DNA from: Zygnema circumcarinatum SAG 698-1b
Taxonomy: Eukaryota; Plantae; Zygnematophyceae
Direction: 5' to 3'
NCBI GenBank assembly: GCA_037447605.1
Contig: CM074817.1
Span: 1,054,001-1,118,000, forward strand
Length of the DNA: 64,000 bases
Made by a program: the position numbers and the translations under genes. The notes beneath the pieces are model-generated. The model did not search any database and had not been told where the DNA came from. It saw only the letters and a list, made by a program, of their open reading frames with translations. Positions 1 to 21,537 of the stretch are shown here, piece after piece. How positions within the stretch are numbered: the first letter of the stretch is position 1; every line of letters begins with the position of its first letter.

Positions 1-239
1 TTGAAAGAACACGCGACGATGTTGATTGACTAATCAAACGCGGTTAGTTAGTCACAAAGCACTCGGCGAACTTTTAGCGTGACGTGACACAGCGACCAGC
101 TAGACGACTAGACCTTTTGGAGGCCGCACGGACCGCACGTGCCGTGATTCGTGACCGCCAATTAGAGAGCGCCAAGTGACTCCCGTCTGTCCCTTTCCCT
201 GTCACTAACCGTAAAACAAGCGTCGGCCATCTTTCTCAC

Positions 240-600
240 ATGGACAACGCCACGTCAGCCCTATGTCACGTGGCGCTGTCCCACTGGAGCTTGCTCTTCC
301 GGACCACAGCGCGCGTGTGGAAAAGCGCGTCCCGCGGGATGGGAGGACCGTCGCACGTCCGTCGTACTTCGTCGCATGGCGTCGCAGGTAATCGCAACAC
401 GCGTCAAGCAGCGCATGCCGGGTCTGCGGGAACACGTGGCGCTCTCCGGGCCACGGTGTGGGCTCACCGCGGCCTTATCCGCGTACAGGCACCAGGCACA
501 TCCGCTCTCGCACGCATATGTAGGGAACGTGCCCAGCACGCAGCGTGAGTCGACAGCCAATCAGCGCGCGCCACGTTGACACTGTTCTCCACGTGGCATC
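240..600 (+). promoter_or_regulatory. G-box/ABRE-rich proximal promoter of the orphan gene at 672
   Basis: ACGTGGC or its complement GCCACGT at ~248, 267, 435, 570 and 591, plus CCAAT at ~558 and a TATA-like CGTATAA at ~622, all upstream of the ATG at 672. Motif match only. Confidence 0.4.
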
Positions 601-671
601 TCGCGATTGGTCGTCCATGCGCGTATAACAAGGAGCCCCCTCCCCCTTGCAAGCGCTCTTTCTCTCTCTTC

Positions 672-2559
672 TCTCCCTCCTCCCTACCTACCAAGCTCAA
701 GCACTCGGCTCTCTGCTATCCGCCGGCAGCCATGGCGGACCTTGCGTTCCCTGTGAAATGGGTGGAGGAATTCGATATTGCGGTGCCAATGGAGACGGAT
801 GTGATATTTGAGACGGTTGAGACAGTTGAGACGTTTCAGGCAGTGGAGACGAAGGATGTGCGGCCTCGGTTGAACGACGAGTTCAGCATGGGCCCTGTCG
901 CGATGCTGCTCTTGAGTTTGTTGGTGTGGGCCGCGAGGGGCACGCTCTTCACGCAATGGGAGTTTGTGCAGCTGGCGATTGTGTTTGTCGTTTTAGGAGC
1001 GTTCGTCGCCAGGATGTGCAATCTGCTGGCGCTTATGCATCTGAAGCAACTTTCGGTGCATTATTACAGTAAGGTAAGGAAAGGGTTGTTGCAAGGCACA
1101 TTCACTTGTTCGATTACGCGATAGCTCTATTTGGGAACCAAATACAATATTTATTTTGAAGCTAAACGAGTTTTCGCGTTTGCTTTGCAGAACCCTCACT
1201 TTGAGGATGCTTCGCTCAGAAGACTTTACAGCCGAGAGAATAGCGCGCGGGTGGATTATTCCACGCAGCACACAGGTTTGGTTCTGAACTCTCGACTGGA
1301 ATAAATTGGCACTTTGTCTTGAAAGGTTGAGTTGTAGGTTCAATTTCTTTCTTTTGTTTGACTTCGCAATCGATCAAAATTGTTGCATGCAAAATCAGAG
1401 TTTGGGCTAGACAGTGACAGGAACAGGTTCATGATGAGGGTTGGGGGACTGGAATTGCAACTAAGGTTGAGTGCCTGCAGCTTCATTGGCTTGATGGTCG
1501 GAATAACTGAATAAATGATTCTTCAAAATGTAGAACAGAATTCTTAATGTACGTAGTACATTAGTAGAAGGCTTGATGGTCGGAATAACTGAAGGAATAC
1601 AGGGGTGTTTGTGCGTGTCTATCTCTGTGCAGTTCTGCGGTCCGCTACAAAGAAAGCGGCACGAGAGGACATCATGCGCTCGGGTTTCTACATGCTCGTG
1701 GCTCGGGTCTTTGCGCCAGACGCCTTGGACAAGTCCGCATGGGACCTTTTGCAGTTGGCACTCTCCCTCCTTCTTGTCACACTGATTGTCCTCGACATCA
1801 CCAATCTGCTGATGAAGAAGAAGTTGGAGCGATTGTTTGATACGATGTTTCACGCGGTATGTGCACCTCCATACAAAGCCGCAGGATTGTTTCGATAACT
1901 TGTCTCTGAAATAAAGAAATGGATCAGAAAACATTTTTTTTGCAGCCTTTGCTTGATGTAGTTGCATTGAGTTCGCTTTACTGCGGGAATGAATGAACTG
2001 ACCGATGATAAATGAATGCTGCATGCTGTGGGCGGAGCAGGCTGTGGGGAGGCTCAAGTTTCTCTCTAATCGCGCCCAGCCGTATGTGAGGGCGGAGCAG
2101 TTGTGGGAGTTGGTTCTCGCGGGGCCTTACAATACAGCGTGGGAGGAGGGGGACAAGGAGTGGGTGCGTTGGTTATGGCCGATTGTGTTCTATCGCCTTT
2201 TTATGCACCCGCAGGTAGAGGTGTGGGAGCCCACCCTCGAGGTGCGGAATCAGTGGCTCATGTGGCGGAAGCAGGGGCCGTTTTGGCTTGGGAGGGAGGG
2301 AGGGAGGGAGGGAAAAAGGGAGGGAGGGGACGCAGGGGGGCATGGAAGGCGGTGGTCCCTGCTCGTCAGATTTGTTCCGGGCCCAACATCGGGGCTCAGT
2401 TCAGTTCCTGGCCCAACATCGGGGCTCAGTTCAGTTCCTGGCCCAACATCGGGGCTCAGTTCAGTTCCGAGCTCAACATCGGGGCTCAGTTCAGTTCCGG
2501 GCCCAACATCGGGGCTCAGTTCAGTTCAGTTCGTTTTTTGTACAGTGAGATTGGAATGA
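672..2559 (+). CDS. Orphan multi-pass membrane protein, family not recognised; 3' end uncertain
   Basis: ATG in GCCATGG context at 672. Phase-compatible GT-AG exons 672-1073, 1191-1275, 1633-1856 and 2041 onward. Hydrophobic segments MGPVAMLLLSLLVWAA, FVQLAIVFVVLGAFVA and LLQLALSLLLVTLIVLDI. The frame stays open to 2559, but further splicing after ~2100-2215 is possible. Confidence 0.6.
2374..2530 (+). repeat. 30-bp minisatellite, 5 units (GTTCCGGGCCCAACATCGGGGCTCAGTTCA)
   Basis: Directly visible tandem units with 1-3 substitutions each. Confidence 0.95.
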
Positions 2560-3124
2560 GCGGAGAAAGGGAGAGGCGGAGCAAGTCGTCTGCTTGTTGA
2601 ACGTTGCAGGGTCGTCAGCAACATCATGAGTGCTGCTTTTTTATTTTCCACATTCGTTATTCAGCTTCATTTTCCATTTCAGTTCAGTTCAGATCAGGTT
2701 AAGGGAAATTTAGACTGAAGCTGAATAATAATAATTTGTGAAGAGTGACTATTTAGAGCAAGTTTTTGCTCTTCGTTGTCCAGCAGAGTTCATGGTCGTT
2801 TCGTTTTTTTTGTTCAGTCCATTGTTTAGTTTTAGTTTCAGTTTCATTCCAGTTCAGTTGTAGTCGAGTCTCTCCCTTGTCATTGGCTGAAAGTCGCTTT
2901 AGCTGCAGGGCCATCGTCGTCGTGGTCATCTTTCTGTACTTTTTTTTGGCGTTTTTACGCCATTTCATGACGAGTGTCGAACAATTTGAAAAAGCTCTTG
3001 TTTACCTCTCTCTTGCTTCCCATCCCCTCCTCTTTCTCCTCTCTCTGTCCTCTCTCTCTCCTCTCCCTCTGCCGTCTTCCCCTTCGGTTGTCCTGTATTT
3101 GGAATTGAGGACACGACAAAATAA

Positions 3125-3192
3125 CTGCAAACAGAGATACCCTCTAGCAGAACTGCTGCAAACAGAGATACCCTGTAGCAGAACTGCTGCAT
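3125..3192 (+). repeat. 30-bp tandem duplication, ~2.2 units (CTGCAAACAGAGATACCCTSTAGCAGAACT)
   Basis: Direct repeat visible in sequence. Confidence 0.8.
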
Positions 3193-3965
3193 TCGGCAGA
3201 CAAACGCTGAAACCACCGTATTTTGCAACTGCGGAATTCGACCCGCTCATTAAGGGGTTGAGGAGACTTAGAAAAGTTTCACACTTTTGGAACTTCAAAA
3301 TCAACATATGCTAATCCGGCAGACTAGTTAATAACAGCGTGTGAAACAAGTATACTTCCTGTAGAACGAATTCCATATCGGCCTTTCCAAAATCTGAAAC
3401 CGAATCCCCCTATTTCTAGCGCCTCGTCTACACTTCAACAGCACACGATCCAAACAGCACAAATGCTCAAATAACAACTCACATGTCATTTTGTGCCACA
3501 TCTGTTCACATCATGTGAACAGCTCCTCTAGGTACCTTAGGCCCTATGACTAGTTGGCCATTCAGAGACCAGAAACTGACCGGAAACAAACATACAAACA
3601 ACAGTACAAAAAAGGCTCTTTTGCAAGATGTAATCGTCACACAGTTGATATTTTCGGCCTTTAAATTTCTTTCCAAGACGAAACGTTTTTAGCGTCTAGC
3701 CGAACCAAAATAAAAGAGAAAAAAAGAGCGGCGGGGGGGCGGGGGATTGAAGAGGTGGAGTGGACAGCAGCAGAGAAATTAAATTCTCACAACCTCGCCT
3801 CAGAAAGATTCCAACGCCTTATCCCCCTAAGGTACCACCCCCACCCCCTAACCCTAATCCCCCAAAACTCTAAACCCTTCCGCCGTGCATCGTGGTGCTT
3901 TGTGCTAGTCTCTGCCTGGGTACCCCGCCCTCCACAGATGTCCAAATTTTCGTCTCTTCTCTCTC

Positions 3966-4009
<44 letters not shown>

Positions 4010-4275
4010 GCCTGACTTAAAAAATTGATGAGGGTGCACATAAACTATGAACAAATGTCCGTTTGCACCCCGCCTGGTCCTCAATCCTAGCCTAAACCAC
4101 GACACTGAAGCCTGAACCCTATACTTTTCCTTGTTACTTCACACTCGATCAACCGGCCCAACTCAAGGAGCGATTCATCGTACCTTTTGCATCGTAAAGC
4201 TCTGACAAGCTTCTTGCTGCCACCCCTCCTCTTTCCCTTTCAAAGAACAACTAGCTGTGACGTCATCAAATGCGG

Positions 4276-4310
<35 letters not shown>

Positions 4311-4773
4311 TCCACGGGATTCAGTGAACGTTCTTCATGGAGCTCCTTGAGCTCTCACTCACTCACTCAGTTAACAGTCCTACAAAGAACACCGCTACAT
4401 AGAACAGCTTCTATTCGCCTAGACGCCTTCTTCTGTCAGCCGTCGTGATCTCTTCCATTCTTTCCCATTCATTTCTTCATTTTCGTACATCTGAGCTGAA
4501 CTGACAACTTTTTTTAGCCATGTATAGGCCGTCATTCTCGGCCTCGTAAAGGCCCAATTCTGAAAATATACTACAACTCCTCTCGGCCAAATATACCTGT
4601 TAAGCTACTCCAGAAATCTCAACCCAATTGCTACCATAATCTCATTTTCTCCCCAACGAAAATTAGTGTTCCATTGATTACTAACTTTCTACGTGCCCCC
4701 TAACACGTCCACAAATTTCTCCTCCACAGTTATTGACGGCGTTGAAAGTTCTCTCCAGCTTCACCCTAGAGGC

Positions 4774-13905
<9,132 letters not shown>

Positions 13906-16534
13906 GGCGGGCTGCTGCCGCCACCGCCCTACATCTGTCGCCTCCACTCTTCTCCCTCGCTCTTTCTCCACTCCTCCTTCCTCCCCTACTACTTCCCCTC
14001 TCTTTGTTCAGCTACGTCCTGATGTTCAAGCTGAATGGAAGCGCTCCAAACCCAAAAAGAGAGTCACTTCTTCTTCCTTTACTCTTCTTCTTCTACTCAC
14101 TTCCGTCGTCCTTTCTCTCACTCTCCTCCTTACTCCTGACTTACTTCCTCCCCCTTCCTACAGCTATGTCTTGCTGTTAAGTCAAAGGGAGACGTTCCAA
14201 ATCCAAAATGATTGCCTCCTCCTCTTCCTTCTTCTATCCTCAGCTAAAGGAGTCTCCAAGAACTGAAAACAGCAGTAATCCTAAAATCCTTAAAAGCCTG
14301 CTCCTCTTGCTCCTCCTTCCTCCTCACCACTCCAACTCCATCTCCCACCCTCCTCCCTTCTGTTCCTTCAGCTCAGCCACCTCAACAGCTGTATACGCCC
14401 TTCCAACCCTAAGCTCTCCTCCTCTTCTTCCCTCCCTCCCACCCCCTACCACCACCCCTCGCCCTCCTTTCTACCTCCTCCTACCTCCTCCCTTTCCTCT
14501 CCCTCTTCCTTCCCTTCCCCTGAACCAAACAAACACCCAAACTCCAAACCCTTCCCCTCCCCCTTCCCCTCCTTATATTCCTCCCCAAAAACACAAAGAA
14601 CCTGAACCCTCTGAAGAACCCTTCTTCAGCAAGCTTCTCCTCCTCCTCTGCTCCTCCTTCGGCCGTGTTCCAAAACCCTAATCAAGGGTTCACCGGCAAT
14701 GCCAAGCTCTCCAGAAACTATGGCGCCGGCAGCAAAATTAGGGTTTGCGCCACTGCAGAAGCTCAAAGTACAGGAGACAGACCTTCTGGCTTGGCGGCCC
14801 TTTGTACTTCCAGTTTTTTGACGGCCAAGAGTCACATTTGACGGTTTTTGTTCGCCGGTTACGCAAAATCGTGACGACCGGCAATATCGGTGATCCGTCG
14901 CCAGTCGGTGACGTCCAGAATAGACGGCCGTTGCTGCCAGCCGGCAGAAAAACAGACGGTATGCTGCCGGCTGCGGCCCAGAGTCGCCGGCCAGACGGCT
15001 CAAAATGGAAAATAAGTTTTTCGATGGTATTTTGCGGCGGACATCAGCCAATGAGCGCCGTCAGGAATCTCCGGAAAGCCACGTGGCAGATCTACACGGC
15101 TGGACGCGTAGGACAAAATTTTGAGATGGACATGTGGCGGTTTCTCATTGGCTGAAATCTGAGCACGCCAGTGGAAAGGAGGCGGCGTAGGGTGGGTCCC
15201 CAATAGGGACGAGAACCAATGAGAGAATGCCACGTGATCTACGTGTACACGTGGTTTTTCCTGATTGGTAATTTCCTAGTTTTTTTTTGTACAGTATGCG
15301 GTACGGACCCACTAGGGGGCTTGATCGATCTTGGACATTTCGAAGGACAAACTAGTACGTTTCATTACTGTACTAAGGCAAGGATGTGAATGTACTGTTT
15401 CAGATCCCGATTTTTTCAAGACAGAAATGCTCTTAGCGTAGAGTCCGACTTTTTGCTGAACTGTGGGGGCGACAAGTTGGTGGTTACACTCATGTTGGTT
15501 GTCAACCACTACTATGAGAACTTCAGAACAACGCAATGTTGTTGAAGACATATGAAACATGGAACGCGACACTTTGCAAGAAACATGCGCAACAAACAAC
15601 AACAACAACAACATTCGCAACAACATCAACGACGTAGCGAAATGAACCAACATGCGCAACATACACGGCAGAGCAACACAACATGGACATGCACAACAAC
15701 ACAAACAAACGGAACATGGAGCACGCACATTGGTCACATTCCAGACGTCCAAATTGTTCGATGAATCTTCGATTCGTCCTCAACAATTTGCAGCTCCCCC
15801 CTCCCAGAGCTGTGCCCTCAGACTCGCCCTTTCGTTACACTTTCTTCTCTCCTTCTCCGCCTCCGCTTTAACATACACTTCACTTCACTTCTCTCCTCCT
15901 ATGATACATTTCAATATGGAGCCAGGCTCATACTGCTTCTTATGTTCAGCCTGCCTCTAACTCTGTCTCTACCAACCTAACCCCCATAGTATAATAATAG
16001 TAATGACATAAGCTTTCCTCCCATCCCCTTCCAGAGGACCCCCAAAACGTATGCAGACATACATGTTCTGCTTTTTGCCCTAATTTCCAAAGCAGCTTCT
16101 TGCCTCCATTCTGGACAATGTACAGGCTGTTGTCCCCCTTGCAGCCTTCCTCATCTTCATCCTTATCCTTATCTTCTCCTTAATTCTGCAAAATCTTCCT
16201 CCTATCGTCGTCGAACTCCCTGCCATGACTTGTCAAATCGACTTATCTGAAGCTCAAGCTGCACCCCAATATCCAGACAGACACAAACTCCCTTTTTTGT
16301 TTTTGCATCGTAGATTACATTGCCTGCTCTCGGGTCCATTTTTTGCCTTTTCCCGGAGCCGCCATTATGTTGATACAAATTACAGTCGCAGTGAAGAAGG
16401 CCCCACTGCGCATGTGCAGCGGCCGCCGTTCCATGGACATAGTAGGAAAATTGCCAAGACTGGTCTTATGCGGGTCGAGGGTCTTATTGCACAACGCAAT
16501 TTCACATGAATGGGTTTCCATGTCCGCACGGCAT

Positions 16535-17422
16535 TCAGTTGTGGACGAGGGGACCGTTTTCATAGAACAGGTCCAGAAGGTCAAGCGTCTGCAAGACCAA
16601 TCCCATGCATAGATTGACCCCATGTCACATGTTTGTGCTGCATATAGTCGCCCTTTCCCTCCCCTCTCTCTCTCCCTCTCTCCCTCACTCCCTCTCGTCT
16701 CTCTCTCTCGTCCTTCCTCTCTCTCTGATGCATGAAGGAAGGAAAGGCGAGATGTAAAGTAAGAGAGATGGGGTAATAGTGAGTGAGAGAAGGTGGACAA
16801 GGAGCAGGAGAGATACTGGAGGAGAAACTCTCACTCACTCTCTCTCTGTCTTCCTCTCTCTCTCTTGTGCATGAAGGGAGGAGAGGAGAGATGTATGAGT
16901 GAGAAAAAGTGGACAAGGAGCAGGAGAGATACTGGAGGAGAAACTCTCTCTCTCTCTCTCTCTCCTCCTCTCTCTCTCTCTGGTCCATGAAGGGAGGAGA
17001 CGCGAGATGTAAAGTAGGAGCAAGGTGGTAACAGTGAGTGAGAATAAGTGGACAAGGAGAAGGAGAGATACTGGAGGAGAAAAGGAAGGAGAGAAGGTAC
17101 GTGGCAAGCCTGTGAAGGATAAATGGAACGTAACCCTAAGTCAGCCACCACTCTCATTCGGAGACATTTTGGCTGCGAACCACATCACATTCACTTGCAA
17201 ATGCAGGGCGAGCTGACCTCGGGTACGGACAGCTGCAGGCGGAACTTTGGACCGTCGTAATGGTGAAGGATAGGTCTGAACGCCTCCTCCTCTAAAGGCT
17301 GGCAGAGACTCCGCACACGAACACGCACCTGATGCTTCAACCCAATGGAATACGTCAGAGAACGAGAGAGAGAGAGCGAGCGAGAGAGAGAGAATGAGAG
17401 AGAAAGAGAGAGCGAGCAAAGA

Positions 17423-17481
<59 letters not shown>

Positions 17482-17484
17482 GGG

Positions 17485-17519
<35 letters not shown>

Positions 17520-18585
17520 CGAGAGAGTGAGAGAGAGAGCGAGAGAGAGAAACCTAAAACCCCATCCCGCGACATGCCCATCGACTATCCTTGTCAACCA
17601 GATGGCGAAACCACGAGGGGGGGGGGGGGGGGGGGGGGGGGGNNNNNNNNNNGGGGGAGGGAAGGCGAGGGAGAGGGGGAGAGGGGGTGGGGAAGGGAAA
17701 GGGACGAGGGGGAAGAGTGGGGTAGTGGGGGAGAGGGGGAGGGAGGGAGGAGAGGAGGGTTAAGGGGAAGGGGAGGGAAGTGTGGGGAAGAGGGGGAAGG
17801 AGGGAGGGAGGGCGGGGGGGAGGGACAGGGAGGGGGTGGACGAGGGTGGGGTATAAGGGGAGGAGAGGGGAGGGGTAAGGGAGGGGGAAATTGGGGGATG
17901 GAGAGAAAGGGGTAAGAGGGGAAGGGAGGCGGAAGTGGGTATGGAGAAAGGGAACATGGGGATGGAGTTGGGGGTGGAACATGGTAATGGAGAAGGACAG
18001 AGAGGCGAAGGGAGTGGGAGGGGAGGAAGATGGGGGAGAGGGGAGAGGGGGGAGAAGAGGGGCTGCGAAAGGGGGTCGGCGAGAGGCAGGCAGAGGGGAA
18101 GGGAAGGAAGGGGGGTGGGAGAGCGGGAGGAAGAGGGAGGGAGAGGAAGAGAGAAAGGGTACGGGGGGAGGTGGGAGAGAGGGAGGTAGAAGGACGGGGG
18201 AGAGGGAAGTCGGAAAAGCGAGGGAGAGAGGAAGGGAGAGGGATAGCCAGGGTTCGAATTAGACAAGAGTGGGAGACGGGGGTGGAGAGGGACAGGGTGA
18301 GGCAGGAGAGATGGTGGTGGGCAACGAGGGCGGCAGAGAGGATGGGAGAGGAGAGACAGGAAGTAGAAAGTAAGAAAGGAAAGTAAGAGAGAGAGAGAGG
18401 GGAGGCTGACCGAAGAGTTGGCGCTTAAGATCTTCCTGCATTGTGTCATTATTGCAGACGAAGATATAGCCTCCTAGGGGCTCCCCATGAGAGAGAGCCT
18501 CAGCGGGAGGGAGAGACTTAAAGCGGCGGTCAGAGGCAGCCTGGCGAATAAAGAAAGGAGGGTTGCCAGTGAAGACTCCCGTCAT
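16535..18585 (-). CDS. Stand-alone DCD-domain (B2/NRP-like) protein; exons 2-3 not visible, probably lost in the gap at 17643-17652
   Basis: Exon 18411-18585 (MTGVF..GEPLGGYIFVCNNDTMQEDLKRQLFG), exon 17218-17328 (VRVRVRSLCQPLEEEAFRPILHHYDGPKFRLQLSVPE), last exon 16535-16588 (TLDLLDLFYENGPLVHN*). Intron positions and the 111-nt exon size match the DCD part of the neighbouring fusion gene. Start codon uncertain. Confidence 0.8.
16770..17085 (+). repeat. ~120-130-bp intronic minisatellite, ~3 units (..GTGGACAAGGAGCAGGAGAGATACTGGAGGAGAAACTCTC..)
   Basis: Three visible copies of the core near 16795, 16910 and 17050. Confidence 0.8.
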
Positions 18586-19041
18586 TTTGAGGGCGGAGAA
18601 GAGCACCTGGGGGGGAGAGGAAGGGAGAAGAAGAGGGAGAGAGGGCGGGTGAGGGACTGGGACGGGTGGGAAGGAGAGAGAGAGAGAGAGGGGGAGGGAA
18701 GGAAGGGGAGTAAGGGGATGATCTGTGGGGTAGGAGCTGTGTAGGATTTGTAGATAAGGAAACGGTTTATAGTTACCTGCGATAGTTCTTGAATCTAGAA
18801 CATTTGCTATGCAGAGAGAAAGCGGGAAAAGAGGGGAGAGAGAGAGAGAATGGGGGAAGTGAGGGAGGGTGAGAGGGAGGAGGGAGACAAGAAGGGGGAG
18901 GAGTAGAGAGGGGGAGAGGGAGAGAGAAAAGGAGGGAGAGGGAGAGAAGAGATTGACGGAAAGGAAGTGACAGAGGGAGAATCGTTGCAGAGAATGAGCA
19001 ACTGAATGGACCGACAATCAGAGCATTCGCTATTCGCTATC

Positions 19042-19072
19042 CGTTAAGAGGTTCCAATGGAACCTCTTAACG
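19042..19072. repeat. Perfect palindrome, 15-bp arms with 1-nt loop (CGTTAAGAGGTTCCA-A-TGGAACCTCTTAACG)
   Basis: Arms 19042-19056 and 19058-19072 are exact reverse complements. Confidence 0.95.
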
Positions 19073-19152
19073 AAATTCTAAAGCACTCAAAATGTTCCCA
19101 ATAGAATCGAGCATGCTGACATCAACTTACCCAGATAAAGATAAGAAAAAGA

Positions 19153-19253
<101 letters not shown>

Positions 19254-20819
19254 GTAATCGTGAACGCTGTATGCGGGGTATGGTTGATATGAATATGGGA
19301 GGAAAATAAAAAGAGAACGGATGAAGCAATCACAGGAAGAGCTTCAAGCGCTCTCAACTAACGGAGTAGTTCAGATATGCCCGGAGTGAAATTGATGCCA
19401 CCTCTCACATTTCTTTCTCTCCCACTCTCTCCCTCTCTCTCTCCCCCTCTCTCTCTCCTCCCTTCACCGCAATCCCTCTCCCCCTTCACCTCCTAGCCCA
19501 GTCCTCGTCTTCACTTTCCCCCTTCCTAGCCTCTACCCCCACTATCCCACCAATTCCTCTCTCACTCGCCTTCTCCCATCTCATCTCCTAAAGGTCCCTC
19601 ACTCTCTCCCTCCCCTACCTCTTAGCTCTACCTCGTGGCTGTCTCCCTCCCTCCCTCTCTCACTCTCCCTCCCTATCTCTTCTCGCCCCCCACCAAATTC
19701 TCCTCCTGCTCACCTCCTTTGCAGCCAACTACGCCTTGCCAGGTCATCTCACCATCCTCTCCCTCATCTGTCGCGGCATTCCCCTCTCTCCACACCTCCC
19801 CACCATGGCTCCTCTTCTTCCCCTCCCGCACTAAATATACCTCTCCCCTCTCTCTCCCCTTCCCTCTCTCGTTCCCCCTCCCTCTCTCTCTCTTGCTCCC
19901 TCTCTCCCTCTCCCTCACTCCCGTCCTCCCTCCCTCCCGCCCTATATCGCTTTCTGTCCACCTTTCCCTCTCCCTCTCCCTCTCCCACTCTGTATTACCC
20001 AGCCTGCCAGCCGCCACGCAGTTTCTCCGCACGACGTCCAGACCGCGCGGTGAACCGCGCGACCAACCACACGGTTTCTTGGCCCCATTCTCCGCACCGA
20101 GCCGCTTCGCGAGAGGTAGTGCTCCCGCGCGGTTTTCACCATCCGTACAGTTTTATGCGCTTTGTTCCCATAAACCGTACAGTTTATCGTACGAAATCGT
20201 ACCAGAATTGACCCTTTCGGCGGTTGCGCATCGCTGTTTCTGCCCGTTCGTACACAATGTACGAATATGTCGGCAGATACGACAAATACTAGTCTTTTGT
20301 CGCGTTTCGGCGGTTCGGCCTCGGCCAGTTCGACTGGGCGGTGTTTCGACGTGGCTCAGACCAATCAAGAGGAGCCACGTCATTTCCGATCATGACGCTC
20401 ACGTGGCGCCACCATGACATAGTGGGCGGTATATGCTGTCGTTTACTGACTGTACGGACGAGATTGAAAGAATCAAGTGTATGATCTTTTAACCTACAGT
20501 ACGGTCATGGCTGTACGAAAAGATCTTTTTTCAATATTGTCCAGTTATATTATGCCACGTGTGCAAATCGTACACGTGGTACCTTCCATCTGAAAATATT
20601 TACCAAAGAAGAAATGTTGTGGATAAGGAATGTCGGTGGTGCCAAGGGGAGTTTTTGGACGGTATCGAGACCGTTAACGACCGGGAAGGGCGTGGCGGTT
20701 GGGGAAGGGCAAAAAGTCGTTGGGGAACCGAAGCGGTTTGTAGACGACAAAACTGCCGATTCTCGGACCGGGACCGGTAAGCGCTACGTCGCTGACTTTT
20801 GTCGCAGTTGGCGCCGAGT

Positions 20820-21185
20820 TTCTCCTCAACGGAACTGGGAGCGGGAAATTTGCCGATGCCGAGGCTATACCGATCGACGGCTTCGATGAAACCACGAGGG
20901 AGTGGAGATGCAGTGCCGCTGCCATGTCACAGTTCAGCGTCCTCCGTAACTGTAACGGTGACAGCGAAAGGCACTATCTTCAACTTCAGGAGAGGCACAT
21001 AGAACCGCTCAGGTACAGGTAGAAATTCTTTTGGGCTGTGTCTTTAAACACATGGTCCAATCACAGGTATGTTCAACAGACATATGCTGACGTGACGACC
21101 AGCGATTGGTTAAATTCGGCTTAAAGATCCACAGCGCACGTACACTGACTCGTCAAGAAATTCTGACACGTGTCGTCCTCTCATA
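20820..21185 (+). repeat. Dispersed ~370-bp repeat, copy A (diverged copy B at ~31665-32135)
   Basis: Colinear shared blocks: GGGAGCGGG.AATTTGCCGA, CGACGGCTTCGATGAAACCACGAG, GATGCAGTGCCGCT, GGAGAGGCACAT, ATGGTCCAATCACAGGTATG, AAGATCCACAGCGCA. Confidence 0.85.
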
Positions 21186-21537
21186 CGGTCGCTTATTTTC
21201 GAGTTTTCGATGTGGGCCGTTACAGTTGCCAGTCGAATGACACATGCTATGAATCTTGCTTCAATTTCCAATTTAAGAGCGAGGGCATGTGATGACCAAT
21301 GAGGCTGAGCCACGTTCCCCCTTTGGGATCTTTGCCAATTGGGGCCTTCCCCTCCCCCCCCCCCCCCTCAGATTTTGAAAATTCTGCTTTTTTTTTTAAT
21401 TTTATCGTATGTATGTTATGCTAAAAGGGAGCTTAGCCCCCCCTCAGCAAAAATCCGGGATCCGCCCACTGCCCTGAACCCCTCAACCCAAACATATTCA
21501 CACCTTTGCCCCAGCTTCCCACTAAAATTTCTCCATC

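Noticed and set aside
2374-2530. CRISPR-like array
   Set aside because: Units are head to tail with no unique spacers; eukaryotic context; no cas genes.
2766-3314. Hydrophobic 182-aa ORF as a further exon of the orphan gene
   Set aside because: Non-ATG start and largely T/CT-rich low complexity; a phase-consistent link could not be established.
14208-14681. Pro-rich 157-aa ORF on the plus strand
   Set aside because: Low-complexity CT-rich sequence antisense to the probable 5' UTR or intron of the DCD-NTase gene; no supporting splice structure.
17560-18449. Extensin-like or Gly-rich ORFs
   Set aside because: GA-rich low-complexity intron of the DCD paralog next to a gap; the same applies to 41570-42246 and 56950-57700.
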